A stretch of 64,000 nt of DNA from Anaerolineae bacterium (GTDB taxonomy: Bacteria > Chloroflexota > Anaerolineae > VGOG01): assembly GCA_049589355.1 (NCBI GenBank), contig JBAWAP010000280.1:32-64031 (forward strand). The letters run 5' to 3'. Below the pieces are notes generated by a model, which saw nothing but the letters and a program-made list of their open reading frames with translations, searched no databases and was not told the DNA's origin. A program made the translations under genes and the position numbers. This document shows, piece after piece, positions 37,079 through 47,349 of this stretch (its first letter is position 1; each line of letters starts with the position of its first letter).

Positions 37079-40000
37079 ATGAGACTTCGCGATCATGACT
37101 TCCAGATTTCTTATGGCCCGGCCGATGACCGGCTCCACGACTTCTACATTCCGGCCCTGTCGTGCAGTCTGCGCTACGACCGCACGGCTGGCTTCTTTAG
37201 TAGCAGTGCCTTGGCCGTGGCGGCCGCTGGCGTGGCCCGGCTCATCGCCCAGGGCGGTACCATGCGCCTGCTGGTCGGTGCCCAACTGAGCGAAGCCGAC
37301 GTCCGTGCCATCGAGCGAGGACAGGCGTTGGACGAGGTCGTGGCCGAGCGACTGATCGCAGCCCTCAGCGAGCCCGAGGAAGAAGTCATGCAGCGCCGCC
37401 TGGAGGTGCTGGCCTGGATGGTCGCCGCAGGCAGGCTCCAAATCCGCGTCGTGCTCCCAAAAGGACCCGATGGTCACCCCCTTCCTGCATCCGAGGCCCA
37501 GGACTACTATCACCCCAAAGAGGGCCTCTTCACCGACCACTACGGCGACCAAATTGCCTTCAGCGGCAGCATTAACGAATCGGCCATTGGTTGGCAGCGC
37601 AATTATGAGCAGTTCTCCGTCTACTTCTCGTGGAACGCCACGGCTCCATACCTGGCCCAGGTGCGCTATCGGTTCGAGCATCTGTGGAATGGGCAGGAGC
37701 CGGACTGGATTGCGATGGACGTTCCCGAAGCGGCGCGGCAGCAGTTGCTTCGCTATCGCCCGGCCACGGCTCCTACCTGCGACCCGCTGGAGCGCGAACC
37801 GAAACCCAAGGTGGTCGAGCGTCCGGGCGTTTTCGTGCCTGAATTGCAGCATGAGCGTGTCCTCTTCCAGTTCCTGCGCGATGCTCCCCGTCTCCTCAAC
37901 GCCCGATGGCTGGGCGCGGCAACCAGCGCTGTCACTCCGTGGCCCCACCAGGCGCGCATTGCCGATACCATCGTCACCCGTTTCCCGGAGCGCTTCCTGC
38001 TTTGCGACGAGGTCGGCCTCGGAAAAACCATCGAGGCTGGCCTGGTGCTGCGTCAGCTCCTCTTGTCGGGCTACGTTCGCCGTTGCCTGATCCTGGCCCC
38101 TAAATCCGTCTGCCGCCAATGGCAGGAGGAACTCTACGAGAAGTTCGCCCTCAACGTCCCCTTCTTCGATGGCCACACCTTCCGTGACGTGTTCGGCCAG
38201 GAGCATACGCCGGACGTTCCTAACCCCTGGGACGCCGAGGACGTATTCATCGCCTCCAGCCAACTGGCTAAACGGCGCGAGCGCCAGCCGGATCTGTTGG
38301 CAGCTCGCCCGTGGGATCTGATCATCGTGGACGAGGCGCACCACGCCCGTCGCAAGGACTTTCTGGTTCCCCGCTACCGGCCCAACCGTCTGCTGGAGTT
38401 GCTGATGGGACAGGATGAACAGCCCGGGCTGAAAGATCGCACACTGAGCTTGCTCTTGATGACTGCTACTCCCATGCAGATCCATCCGGTGGAAGTGTGG
38501 GACCTGTTGCGGGTCCTCGGCCTGGGCGGTCGTTGGGGTGCTGACGATAGCAACTTCCTGCGCTTCTTCCAGGAGCTGCGTCGGCCTTTCGACGACGCGG
38601 ATTGGGATTTCGTCTTCGGCATGGTGCGCGATTTCCTGGATACGGGCGGGGAACTCGATCCGACATTTGCCAGTCAGGCCGAGGCCAAACTTGGCCTGGT
38701 GGATTGGCAGCGGTTCAAGATGCTGATATCACCTCAGGAACACGAAGCCAGACCCAAGCAGTTGTTGGCTAAGAATCGTGCCCTGGTGATAGAAATGACC
38801 CGCCGGCATACTCCACTGCGCCGGTATCTCTTTCGCAGCACCCGCCGCCTGCTCCGGGAGTACGTGCAGCGGGGCATTCTCAAGGCCAACGTGCCCCATC
38901 GGGACCCTGAGCCAGTCTGGATTGCGATGCGTGCTGACGAGCAGGATCTCTACCACCGGATCGAGGAGTACATCACCCATTTCTACCGAAAGTATGAGGC
39001 GGAGCGCAAGGGGTTGGGCTTCATTATGACCGTTTACCGGCGCCGGTTGACCAGCAGCTTCTATGCGGTGCGCCGCAGCCTGGAGCGGCGATTGGACTTC
39101 TTACGTGGCCAGACTGCCCCTGGCACGATAGCAGGCTTTGATGAAGACGACCTGGAGCAGGAAGACCTGACCCAGGACATCAGCGAGGAACTGGAAGCAG
39201 AGGAAAGGTCCCGCTTCCGTGGCGAGATCGAATACGTTGAGGATTTCCTGGCCGCGCTGCGCAGCTTGAGTGGCAACGATTCCAAGGTCGAGCAGTTGTT
39301 GGCTGACCTGGAGGAAATCTTCAAACGGCGCGAGACGGTCCTCATTTTCACCCACTACACCGACACGATGGACTTCCTACGCGAACAACTGCGGCAGGCA
39401 TACGGCAGCCAGGTGGCTTGCTATAGCGGACGGGGGGGCGAGGTGTGGAACGGCATCGCCTGGGTGCCGACGACCAAGGAGGAAATCAAGAACGCTTTTC
39501 GCCAAGGCGAGGCGATCAAGATTCTCCTTGGCACCGAGGCGGCCAGCGAGGGGTTGAACCTGCAAACCTGTGGTGTGTTGATCAACTACGACATGCCCTG
39601 GAACCCCATGCGGGTCGAGCAACGGATCGGCCGCATTGACCGCATCGGCCAGATGCACAAAAGGGTCTGGATTCGCCACTATTTCTACGAGGACACGGTG
39701 GAGGCCAGGGTCTACCGAGCGTTGGAGGATCGGATCGGTTGGTTTGAAGAAGTCGTCGGTGAGTTGCAGCCGATCCTTGCTCGAATAGGACAAGCCATCC
39801 AGAGCGCGGCCATGACGCCAGTGGCCGAGCGGGAGCAGGTGTTGACGCGAGAGTTGGAACAGCTACGGGAAGGGGCAGACACCCGACAGGCCGAGGGCCT
39901 TGACTTGGAGCAGTACCTGATCGCTGATGAGCCGTTGCTGGAGTCCACTTCTCCCGTCACCCTGAGCGACCTGGAGCGGGTGCTCACGCGGACATCGTCC

Positions 40001-40819
40001 CTGGTGGATCGTTTCCAACCGCATCCAAAATTCAAGCGGGCCTACTGGCTACGAACCGATGAGGGTGGCGCGGCTGTGACCTTCGACGTGGCCTTGTTTG
40101 ATGCCCACCCCAACACCTTGCGGTTGCTCACGTACGGAAGTGAGCTGCTGACGGCCCTGCTGAAGGCTGTGTCGGAGCCGGCTTCTGGCCCTGAGGGGCG
40201 TGTGCTACGCTGTTGGACGGAAGGCCCCCTGCCTCTTTGCGGCTACTACACCCTTGGCGCCAAGGGTCGCCCGCAGCGGATTGAGCGCCTGGCGGACCTC
40301 GAAGTACTCTATGCTGCGGACCCACATGCGCATTGGTCGGAAGAAGCCATAGCAACAGCGCGCGCCGACTTTCGGCGAGAGGTGGAGACACTGGTGCAGC
40401 GACGGGCGCAGGTGATCGCAGGCCGGCGGCGAGCAGAGCGTCTGGCGCTGGAGGAGCAAGCGCGCCAGACGCTGCTCCAGGCAGCGCTGGTAGAGCTGGC
40501 CATGGGGCAGCAACTCCAACTGTTCGCGGAAGAAGCACTGCCTGTGGCCTTCACCGAGGAAGCGATCACCGGCCTCAAGCGCCATGGTTATCCCTTTGCA
40601 CCATTGCTCAGGCTAGTCAATGTGGATGGCTTGCGGCCCAGCCCCACCGACCCGTTTTACACCGCGGTGCAGGGTAAATCACGAGAAGCCCTCAGGGGCC
40701 ACTTCAACGCGCTGCGGGACGAAGCAGTCCGGCTCTTGGGCCTGCTGGCAAGTGCTCCGGATCAGGAGGAGTCCTCCCAGGACATACAGGATGTCGTTGT
40801 GCAGACATTAGTAGTTTGA
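37079..40819 (+). CDS. PLD-like nuclease domain fused to SNF2-family helicase (1246 aa) with ~370-aa uncharacterized C-terminal region
   Basis: N-terminal HxK(x4)D (..HPKEGLFTD..), ATPase motif I ..LCDEVGLGKTIEAG.., motif II ..IIVDEAHHARR.., helicase-C ..LNLQTCGVLINYDMPWNP..QRIGRIDRIGQ.. Confidence 0.8.
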   Translation: MRLRDHDFQISYGPADDRLHDFYIPALSCSLRYDRTAGFFSSSALAVAAAGVARLIAQGGTMRLLVGAQLSEADVRAIERGQALDEVVAERLIAALSEPEEEVMQRRLEVLAWMVAAGRLQIRVVLPKGPDGHPLPASEAQDYYHPKEGLFTDHYGDQIAFSGSINESAIGWQRNYEQFSVYFSWNATAPYLAQVRYRFEHLWNGQEPDWIAMDVPEAARQQLLRYRPATAPTCDPLEREPKPKVVERPGVFVPELQHERVLFQFLRDAPRLLNARWLGAATSAVTPWPHQARIADTIVTRFPERFLLCDEVGLGKTIEAGLVLRQLLLSGYVRRCLILAPKSVCRQWQEELYEKFALNVPFFDGHTFRDVFGQEHTPDVPNPWDAEDVFIASSQLAKRRERQPDLLAARPWDLIIVDEAHHARRKDFLVPRYRPNRLLELLMGQDEQPGLKDRTLSLLLMTATPMQIHPVEVWDLLRVLGLGGRWGADDSNFLRFFQELRRPFDDADWDFVFGMVRDFLDTGGELDPTFASQAEAKLGLVDWQRFKMLISPQEHEARPKQLLAKNRALVIEMTRRHTPLRRYLFRSTRRLLREYVQRGILKANVPHRDPEPVWIAMRADEQDLYHRIEEYITHFYRKYEAERKGLGFIMTVYRRRLTSSFYAVRRSLERRLDFLRGQTAPGTIAGFDEDDLEQEDLTQDISEELEAEERSRFRGEIEYVEDFLAALRSLSGNDSKVEQLLADLEEIFKRRETVLIFTHYTDTMDFLREQLRQAYGSQVACYSGRGGEVWNGIAWVPTTKEEIKNAFRQGEAIKILLGTEAASEGLNLQTCGVLINYDMPWNPMRVEQRIGRIDRIGQMHKRVWIRHYFYEDTVEARVYRALEDRIGWFEEVVGELQPILARIGQAIQSAAMTPVAEREQVLTRELEQLREGADTRQAEGLDLEQYLIADEPLLESTSPVTLSDLERVLTRTSSLVDRFQPHPKFKRAYWLRTDEGGAAVTFDVALFDAHPNTLRLLTYGSELLTALLKAVSEPASGPEGRVLRCWTEGPLPLCGYYTLGAKGRPQRIERLADLEVLYAADPHAHWSEEAIATARADFRREVETLVQRRAQVIAGRRRAERLALEEQARQTLLQAALVELAMGQQLQLFAEEALPVAFTEEAITGLKRHGYPFAPLLRLVNVDGLRPSPTDPFYTAVQGKSREALRGHFNALRDEAVRLLGLLASAPDQEESSQDIQDVVVQTLVV

Positions 40820-40902
40820 CAGCGATAAATCAGTAGAAACGAGTAGAATTCAACTGAAATAGTCAGAATCAAGCAGAAACATGAGGGACAAAGAGAGGGG
40901 AG

Positions 40903-42165
40903 ATGAAGCAGGAGGTCAAGATGATCAGCGTGGATGAGGCCCTGGAGTATGTTTTGAAGCACTTCGAGCCACTGGAGCCGGAGGAGGTGGAGATCCTCGA
41001 CACTCTGGATCGGGTTTTGGCTGAGGACGTTTACTCCGATATGGACATCCCGCCTTTTGATAATTCGGCGATGGACGGGTATGCTGTACGGGCGGCGGAT
41101 ACGGTTGGGGCTGGCCCTGAAGCTTCTATCACGCTGCGAGTGATCGCCGACCTCGCCGCAGGCTACACCACAGACCTGGTCGTGGAGGCAGGCACAGCCA
41201 TCCGTATCATGACTGGAGCACCGCTTCCCGCCGGCGCTGATGCGGTGGTACGGTTCGAGGAAACTAGCGAGGGATTGTCAGCGGGCGAGAGAAGGGGGGA
41301 TCGGATTGAGGTTTTTAGACAGGTTGTCGTCGGGGAGAATGTCCGGCCAGAGGGGGAGGACATTCGTAAAGGGGAGCTGGTTCTGGCTGAAGGCACAGTT
41401 CTGCGTCCTCAAGAGATCGGCGTGCTGGCTTCGCTGGGGAGGGCCAGGGTTCGGGTGATCCGCCGGCCACGGGTGGCTATTTTGGCCACCGGCGACGAGC
41501 TCATCGCCATTGACGAGCCGCTGGCTCCAGGCAAGATTCGTAACTCCAATGAGTACTCCAACGCCGCGCTTGTCCAGCGCTATGGTGGTATCCCTATTCG
41601 CTTGGGGATAGCGCGCGATGACGTGGAGGAACTGACAGCCAAGATCCGTGAAGGTTTGACCCAAAAGGTTGATCTCTTCATCACTTCGGCTGGTGTATCG
41701 GTGGGAGACTACGATGTGGTCAAGGACGTCCTTGGTACCGAGGGAGAGATGCACTTTTGGCAGGTGCGTATGAAACCCGGCAAACCTTTAGCCTTCGGCG
41801 AGATCCAAGGTGTGCCGCTCCTGGGCTTGCCCGGTAACCCCGTGTCGGCCATGGTTTCTTTTGAACAGTTCGCCCGGCCGGCTATCCTCAAGATGCTGGG
41901 CAAAAGGCGCCTGCGCAAGCCCACGGTAGAGGCCATTCTGGAGGAGGATGTCAAGAGCAGCGGGCGACGCAATTTCAAGCGGGCGGTGATAACAGAACGC
42001 GATGGCGAGTACTATGCCTCGGTCACCGGCCCGCAGGGCTCTGGCATCCTCACTTCCATGGTGAAAGCTAATGGCCTGGCCATAATCCCTGAGGGCATCA
42101 GGCAGATGAAGGCGGGCGAGCGGGTCACAGTCCAGATGCTGGATTGGCCAGAAGACGTTGAGTGA
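40903..42165 (+). CDS. moeA: Molybdopterin molybdenumtransferase MoeA
   Basis: Full-length MoeA similarity (..PFDNSAMDGYAV.., ..GGVSVGDYD..). Confidence 0.9.
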   Translation: MKQEVKMISVDEALEYVLKHFEPLEPEEVEILDTLDRVLAEDVYSDMDIPPFDNSAMDGYAVRAADTVGAGPEASITLRVIADLAAGYTTDLVVEAGTAIRIMTGAPLPAGADAVVRFEETSEGLSAGERRGDRIEVFRQVVVGENVRPEGEDIRKGELVLAEGTVLRPQEIGVLASLGRARVRVIRRPRVAILATGDELIAIDEPLAPGKIRNSNEYSNAALVQRYGGIPIRLGIARDDVEELTAKIREGLTQKVDLFITSAGVSVGDYDVVKDVLGTEGEMHFWQVRMKPGKPLAFGEIQGVPLLGLPGNPVSAMVSFEQFARPAILKMLGKRRLRKPTVEAILEEDVKSSGRRNFKRAVITERDGEYYASVTGPQGSGILTSMVKANGLAIIPEGIRQMKAGERVTVQMLDWPEDVE

Positions 42166-42685
42166 GGCCCTGTTGGTGATACCCATAATCTCTGTGGTCG
42201 GCAAGTCCGGGGTTGGCAAAACGACTTTGTTGGAGAAGTTGATCGCTGAGCTGAAGCAGCGGGGTTATCGTGTGGCTACTGTCAAGCACGATATTTACGG
42301 CTTCGAAATAGACCAACCTGGCAAGGACAGTTGGCGTCTCGCCCAGGCGGGCAGTGACAGCGTGGTTATCGCCTCGCCTAAAAGGTTGGCTCTTATCAAG
42401 CGCCTCGATAGGGAGATGGCCCTGAGCGAGATTGCTGCCTTTCTAACCGATATTGACATAATCCTCACCGAGGGATATAAGCGAGGAAATGCACCCAAAA
42501 TTGAGGTCTCGCGTCGGGAGAAGGGGAGGGAGCTTCTGTGCACCCCAGATGAGCTGGTAGCCATTATCTCTGACCAGCCGTTTGATCTGGACGTCCCTCA
42601 GTTTGGCCTTGATGATACGATGGGAATCGTTGGTTGGCTGGAGAGGAGATTCCTCTCAGGTAGGGGACAGGTGCTTGCTGGGTGA
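42158..42685 (+). CDS. mobB: Molybdopterin-guanine dinucleotide biosynthesis protein MobB
   Basis: ..ISVVGKSGVGKTTLLEKLI.. P-loop, MobB length. Confidence 0.85.
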   Translation: MSEALLVIPIISVVGKSGVGKTTLLEKLIAELKQRGYRVATVKHDIYGFEIDQPGKDSWRLAQAGSDSVVIASPKRLALIKRLDREMALSEIAAFLTDIDIILTEGYKRGNAPKIEVSRREKGRELLCTPDELVAIISDQPFDLDVPQFGLDDTMGIVGWLERRFLSGRGQVLAG

Positions 42686-42725
42686 GGCCAGGGCGGCTCA
42701 TTAAGCTAACCGAGGAGGGTGGACC

Positions 42726-42920
42726 ATGACACGAGTACGGTGTCTGTTGGACGAGTGTGTCTTTTGGTATGAGGGCTTCTGTCGTGCTGAGGAGATTGAA
42801 ATAGATCCTGAGCTGGGTTGTTTAGCCCTTATGGGGAGCGACGATCAGATGAGGAAGAGGGATGGAGCGATGAGGAGCTCTTCGGCCCGGATGAGTGGGA
42901 GGAGGATTTCTAATTCATGA
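42726..42920 (+). CDS. Small Cys-containing hypothetical protein (DUF1540-like?)
   Basis: ORF 64 aa, overlaps start of next gene. Confidence 0.3.
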   Translation: MTRVRCLLDECVFWYEGFCRAEEIEIDPELGCLALMGSDDQMRKRDGAMRSSSARMSGRRISNS

Positions 42921-43729
42921 CCAGCGAGAGAGGAAGTACTGCCTCTATCCGCGGATACGTTCGCTCCGAGGTCTTCCCTACGCCCTTTTGTGCGGGTTGT
43001 GGGCATGGCATCCTGTTAGGAGCCATCCTTCGGGCCATTGATGAGCTTGGCTGGAACATGGAGGAGGTGCTGTTCGTTTCAGGGATAGGCTGTGGGGGTT
43101 GGATACCTAGTCCCCATTTCGTCGCCGATACCCTGCATACCACCCATGGCCGGCCGGTGGCTTTTGCCACGGGTGCCAAGCTCTTTAACTCCAAGCTCCG
43201 GGTAGTGGTCATTGGAGGCGATGGGGATATAGCCTCCATCGGGGGCAACCATCTCATTCACGCTGCCCGGCGGGATATTGATCTCACGGTCATCTGCGCC
43301 AACAATGGGGTCTATGGCATGACCGGTGGCCAGGTAACGCCTACTACGCCTTTGGGGGCCAGCACGGCGACCACGCCAGCAGGCAATCCTGATAGACCCT
43401 TCGACCTTTGTCGCTTGGTGGAGGCAGCCGGAGCTACCTACGTGGCCCGCTATTCGGTCTACCAGGTGCGCCTGCTGATCCGAGCTCTAAAGCGGGCCTT
43501 GGAGCATCGGGGTTTCGCCTTTGTGGAGGTTCTCAGCACCTGTCCGACGCAATATGGGCGGCGCAACGATCTGGCTGATCCGGTGGCGATGTTGCGCGAT
43601 TTGAAAGAGCGTTGCTTGACCTTGAGCCAGGCTGCAAAGATCAGCCCTGAAGAGCTGAAGGACAAGATAATAGTTGGTGAGTTTGTCGGGGGGGATAAGG
43701 AAACGAGATTAATTTCTGTGACTACGTAG
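42917..43729 (+). CDS. 2-oxoacid:ferredoxin oxidoreductase beta (TPP-binding) subunit-like protein; no alpha subunit adjacent
   Basis: ..FCAGCGHGILLGA.., ..GIGCGGW.., ..GGDGD.. TPP motifs. Confidence 0.75.
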   Translation: MTSERGSTASIRGYVRSEVFPTPFCAGCGHGILLGAILRAIDELGWNMEEVLFVSGIGCGGWIPSPHFVADTLHTTHGRPVAFATGAKLFNSKLRVVVIGGDGDIASIGGNHLIHAARRDIDLTVICANNGVYGMTGGQVTPTTPLGASTATTPAGNPDRPFDLCRLVEAAGATYVARYSVYQVRLLIRALKRALEHRGFAFVEVLSTCPTQYGRRNDLADPVAMLRDLKERCLTLSQAAKISPEELKDKIIVGEFVGGDKETRLISVTT

Positions 43730-44455
43730 CGTCCTGGTGATGATGTCGTTTTGTTCGCTCCGGGGAGGTCTCTTCTCGCCCCTCTTTGCCTTCTTCCCTC
43801 TGTTGTTTCTTTGCTGATCGAAGGCTTCTTGGATCGCCAATTCCATGATTGTGGGGAGGGGCTCCTCTCCTTCGATTTCTTCTAGGGGGATTTCTTTCAT
43901 ACTCAACTCGATCTGGCGCTTTCCGCGGTTGACGTTTAGCACTTTTACTTCCACCTCTTCGCCCACTGATACTATTTCAGATGGATCCTCAACGTAGCCC
44001 GGGGCCAACTCACTAACGTGTACTAATCCGTCGCGGCCAATACCAATATCTACGAAGGCGCCGAACGGAGCCAGGCGCGTCACTTTGCCTTCGATAATCA
44101 TGCCTGGCTTCAAGTCATGGAGGGTTCTCTTGGGTGGTTCTATCATGGTTAGGCTGATGCGTCCCCTCCTGCGATCCACTTTCCTTACCCAGACTGTTAC
44201 CTCACTGCCTTCCTTTACGACCTCTGTGACCTTGTTGATTGGATCCTGGCTCAGTTGGGAGATGTGGACCCACCCATCTTGGCTCAAGCCGATGTCCACG
44301 AAAGCCCCCGAGAGCCCTACCTTGGTTACCTTGCCTCTCAGCCTCATACGCGGCTTTAGATCTTTGATGCTAGTTGGCTGCTTTTCATGAGCATCCTCAG
44401 CCTGATTGTGTTGCTCTGTCGTCGCTAACCTTTCTGTGTTGTCAGGCATAGTCAT
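43709..44455 (-). CDS. S1 RNA-binding domain protein (two S1 repeats)
   Basis: ..GKVTKVGLSGAFVDIG..; ..GKVTRLAPFGAFVDIG..; start at ATG 44455 (MTMPDN) 1 nt after the upstream ORF stop preferred over the 44599 start. Confidence 0.75.
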   Translation of the reverse strand: MTMPDNTERLATTEQHNQAEDAHEKQPTSIKDLKPRMRLRGKVTKVGLSGAFVDIGLSQDGWVHISQLSQDPINKVTEVVKEGSEVTVWVRKVDRRRGRISLTMIEPPKRTLHDLKPGMIIEGKVTRLAPFGAFVDIGIGRDGLVHVSELAPGYVEDPSEIVSVGEEVEVKVLNVNRGKRQIELSMKEIPLEEIEGEEPLPTIMELAIQEAFDQQRNNRGKKAKRGEKRPPRSEQNDIITRTLRSHRN

Positions 44456-44456
44456 C

Positions 44457-44756
44457 TTAATCCCATTCTTCCTCAAGGTCTTCTTCGTCGAGATAATCGA
44501 GGTCGTAGGTTTCCTCCGTTTTCTCTTCGTAGGCTTCGATGATTTCCTCGTATGTTTCCTCGCTACAAGGGTTGTATTTATCGAAGCTAGCCGGTTCACC
44601 GCAGATAGGGCAGGGGATGTCCCTGGCTGTGCTGTCGTCCATTTCTTCCTGAGTTACGGCATAGTCGAAAGTGAGATTACATTCTGGGCATTGAGCCGTG
44701 GTTTTGAAGTAGTTCACGTCTTGTTCCTCCTTAACTAGCCAGATAGCGCGATACAT
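44457..44756 (-). CDS. Small acidic zinc-ribbon protein (99 aa)
   Basis: CPECN..CPICG; highly acidic C-terminus. Confidence 0.5.
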   Translation of the reverse strand: MYRAIWLVKEEQDVNYFKTTAQCPECNLTFDYAVTQEEMDDSTARDIPCPICGEPASFDKYNPCSEETYEEIIEAYEEKTEETYDLDYLDEEDLEEEWD

Positions 44757-44995
44757 TATACCACTAATGTAGATTTTTCACAAGGTCAGCCTTGACGTTT
44801 GCTAAAGTTCGTGGTAGTATTAAAGGAGTATGGCTCGCTGCCTCCTTCGCGTAGCCAGACATCCTGGATTTCCAAAAACGTTTATGGTCTGATACAGAGC
44901 TAAACTACGCGAAGTTGAGGAGCATGGGAAGAGAAACTTATGCATCTGACCGGGCCAGACAGGGAAAGGGGTGGGAGGGTCATCGGTAGGGGAGT

Positions 44996-45646
44996 ATGGC
45001 TAGAGAAGCGAATGGGGCAGTGATTTTTGATATGGATGGGGTAATGGTATATACTGCACTACAGCATTTCGCTGCCTGGAGGCAGGTTTTCGCTGAGATG
45101 GGGCGGGAGCTCAGTGAAGAGGAATTTCGAGCCACCTTTGGCTGGCGCAATCAGGAGGTATTGCAGCATATGCTGGGAGACAGGGTCTCAGAAGTCCAGG
45201 TAGAGGAGTTGGGGCGCAGGAAGGAGGAATACTATCGTGCTTTACTACGGGGAGGGGTGGAGGCTACGCCGGGCTTCATGCGTTTGCTTACAGCACTCAG
45301 GGATAATGGTTTCAAGATAGCTGTTGGTACCTCGGCGCCTCGACAGAATGTAGGGTTGATACTAGATGTGTTGAGTATTAGGGAACAGCTAGATGCTGTG
45401 GTTACCGGGGAAGACGTGGATAGAGGCAAGCCTGATCCCAAAACCTTCCTGCTTGCAGCTCAGCGATGCAATGTAGAGCCGAGGAGGTGCTTGGTCTTTG
45501 AGGACGCGGCGGCTGGCATCCAGGCGGCCAAAGCAGCGGGCATGAGGTGCATTGGAGTCGGAAGAATGGATATGGCCCAGGCAGATCTCACGGTGGATAG
45601 TCTGACGAAGGTAACAATTCAAGTCATAAGATCGTTATTAGATTAA
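44996..45646 (+). CDS. HAD-IA hydrolase (beta-phosphoglucomutase-like)
   Basis: ..VIFDMDGVM.., ..GKPDP.., ..FEDAAAGIQAAKAAGM.. Confidence 0.85.
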   Translation: MAREANGAVIFDMDGVMVYTALQHFAAWRQVFAEMGRELSEEEFRATFGWRNQEVLQHMLGDRVSEVQVEELGRRKEEYYRALLRGGVEATPGFMRLLTALRDNGFKIAVGTSAPRQNVGLILDVLSIREQLDAVVTGEDVDRGKPDPKTFLLAAQRCNVEPRRCLVFEDAAAGIQAAKAAGMRCIGVGRMDMAQADLTVDSLTKVTIQVIRSLLD

Positions 45647-45709
45647 GGAGGGATAGCTATCGCTAAGGAAGCAGTATTTACTAACTCGGGTCTCGAGCGA
45701 GGGCTCCTC

Positions 45710-46963
45710 GTGGGGGCGAAGCTAAAAAACGAGCGTGACGGCTGGTCGGTTGAGGACTCGCTGGCGGAGTTGGCTCAGTTGGCCCGTACGGCCGGCGTGG
45801 AGGTGGGCGGCCAGACCTTCCAGAAACTGGATGCCATCAACCCGGCTACCTATATTGGTAAAGGCAAAGTAGAGGAAATTGGGACGCTCAAAGAGGAGCT
45901 AGACTGTGATCTAGTCATCTTCGATGACGAGCTGGCGCCACGCCAGCAACGCGAGTTGGAGGAAGCCTGGGGTGTGAAAGTCTTGGATCGCACGTCTTTG
46001 ATCCTGGACATCTTTGCCCAGCATGCGCATACCAAGGAGGGCCAGCTACAGGTAGAACTTGCTCAATATGAGTACCGCCTGCCGCGGCTGACGCGCATGT
46101 GGACACACTTGGCCCGTCAGGCAGGGGGTGGAGTAGCTCGGGGTGGTGCAGGGGGGGTGGGTCTGCGGGGTCCGGGCGAAAGGCAGCTTGAGATTGACCG
46201 TCGCCGCATTAGAGAGCGCATCTCGCAGCTCAAACAAGAGCTGGAGCAGGTGCGTGTTCACCGGCGCCTTTATCGCCGACGGCGCCATCAAGCAGCCATA
46301 CCCGTGATAGCGATTGTGGGTTATACGAATGCGGGTAAATCAACTTTGCTTAACGCAATTTCTGGAGCTGAGGTGTTGGTAGAGGATAAGCTTTTTGCCA
46401 CCCTGGATCCTATAACAAGGCGGGTGCTGCTGCCACAGGGACAGGTGGCCCTTTTCACCGACACTGTGGGCTTCATCCAAAAGCTGCCCACTCAACTGAT
46501 AGCTGCCTTTCGCGCTACCTTGGAGGAGATTAATGATGCAGCCCTTCTCCTGCATGTAATTGACATAACACATCCCAGCGTGTTGCTGCAAAGTCGGGTA
46601 GTGGAGGACACACTGAAGGACTTAGGCGCTACAGATGTGCCTGTAGTGGTAGCCCTCAACAAAGTTGACCAGTTAGACAGCCCAGATGGGGTTCAACGCA
46701 TGATGCGGGAGTTTCCCAACAGCTTAGCTATTTCGGCCAAAGAAAGAATTGGTTTGGACGAGCTGTTGGCTCACAGTGAAGCTGTTCTCAATGGGAGCTT
46801 GGTGCGTATCAAGGCTTGCATCCCTTACCGGGAAGGCGAGCTGGTCTCGCTTTTCCATCGGCAGGGCTTGGTGGAACGAGAGGAGTACGATCCCGAAGGA
46901 ACCATTTTGGAGGGCCGCCTGCCAGCTCGGTTTCTGAAGGCTTTCCGGCATTGCTTGATCTGA
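45710..46963 (+). CDS. hflX: GTPase HflX
   Basis: ..[13 protein letters not shown].. G1, ..DTVGF.. G3, HflX N-domain. Upstream in-frame codons (..ERGLLVG..) still look HflX-like, so the N-terminus may extend from a non-canonical start near 45656. Confidence 0.85.
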   Translation: MGAKLKNERDGWSVEDSLAELAQLARTAGVEVGGQTFQKLDAINPATYIGKGKVEEIGTLKEELDCDLVIFDDELAPRQQRELEEAWGVKVLDRTSLILDIFAQHAHTKEGQLQVELAQYEYRLPRLTRMWTHLARQAGGGVARGGAGGVGLRGPGERQLEIDRRRIRERISQLKQELEQVRVHRRLYRRRRHQAAIPVIAIVGYTNAGKSTLLNAISGAEVLVEDKLFATLDPITRRVLLPQGQVALFTDTVGFIQKLPTQLIAAFRATLEEINDAALLLHVIDITHPSVLLQSRVVEDTLKDLGATDVPVVVALNKVDQLDSPDGVQRMMREFPNSLAISAKERIGLDELLAHSEAVLNGSLVRIKACIPYREGELVSLFHRQGLVEREEYDPEGTILEGRLPARFLKAFRHCLI

Positions 46964-47349
46964 TGCCTACCTGACTTTATGAGGTCATCTGAAGTTCAGA
47001 CTATATATGTTATGTACATAAACGGCGCATCAGAGGCTCAATCTTGATTGATAATTCAACGCATCTGGACGTTTGCTGAGATACTCCCCTGAAAGGCTCT
47101 CTAAAAGCCCTTGGAATTGGACCTCAATGATCTTCCTTTTTCTAATTGGTGCTGAGTCCTAAATGGATCTCCGCTAATGGTGGCTCCTTGGGTGTCCTAT
47201 TCATGTTTCCCAATTGTTGAACTTGCCTACACCCATGATATGTGCTAGAATAATCTTAAGTTTGGGCTAATTGCTTGTGGGAGAGCCTGTCCCTTGCAAT
47301 TCCCCAGTATATAGTTATGTCAAATCAAACAGAGGGGGAGTGAGTTTAC

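Noticed and set aside
37095-40811. Internal/antisense ORFs within the SNF2 helicase gene (e.g. 37470..38090, 36899..38485 on minus)
   Set aside because: The 528-aa minus-strand ORF 36899..38485 overlaps three plus-strand genes with clear motifs and has low-complexity composition; judged spurious
45650-45709. Alternative upstream start for hflX
   Set aside because: In-frame upstream residues look HflX-like but no canonical start codon is present before 45710 (only ATA/ATC candidates); kept GTG 45710 and noted the ambiguity
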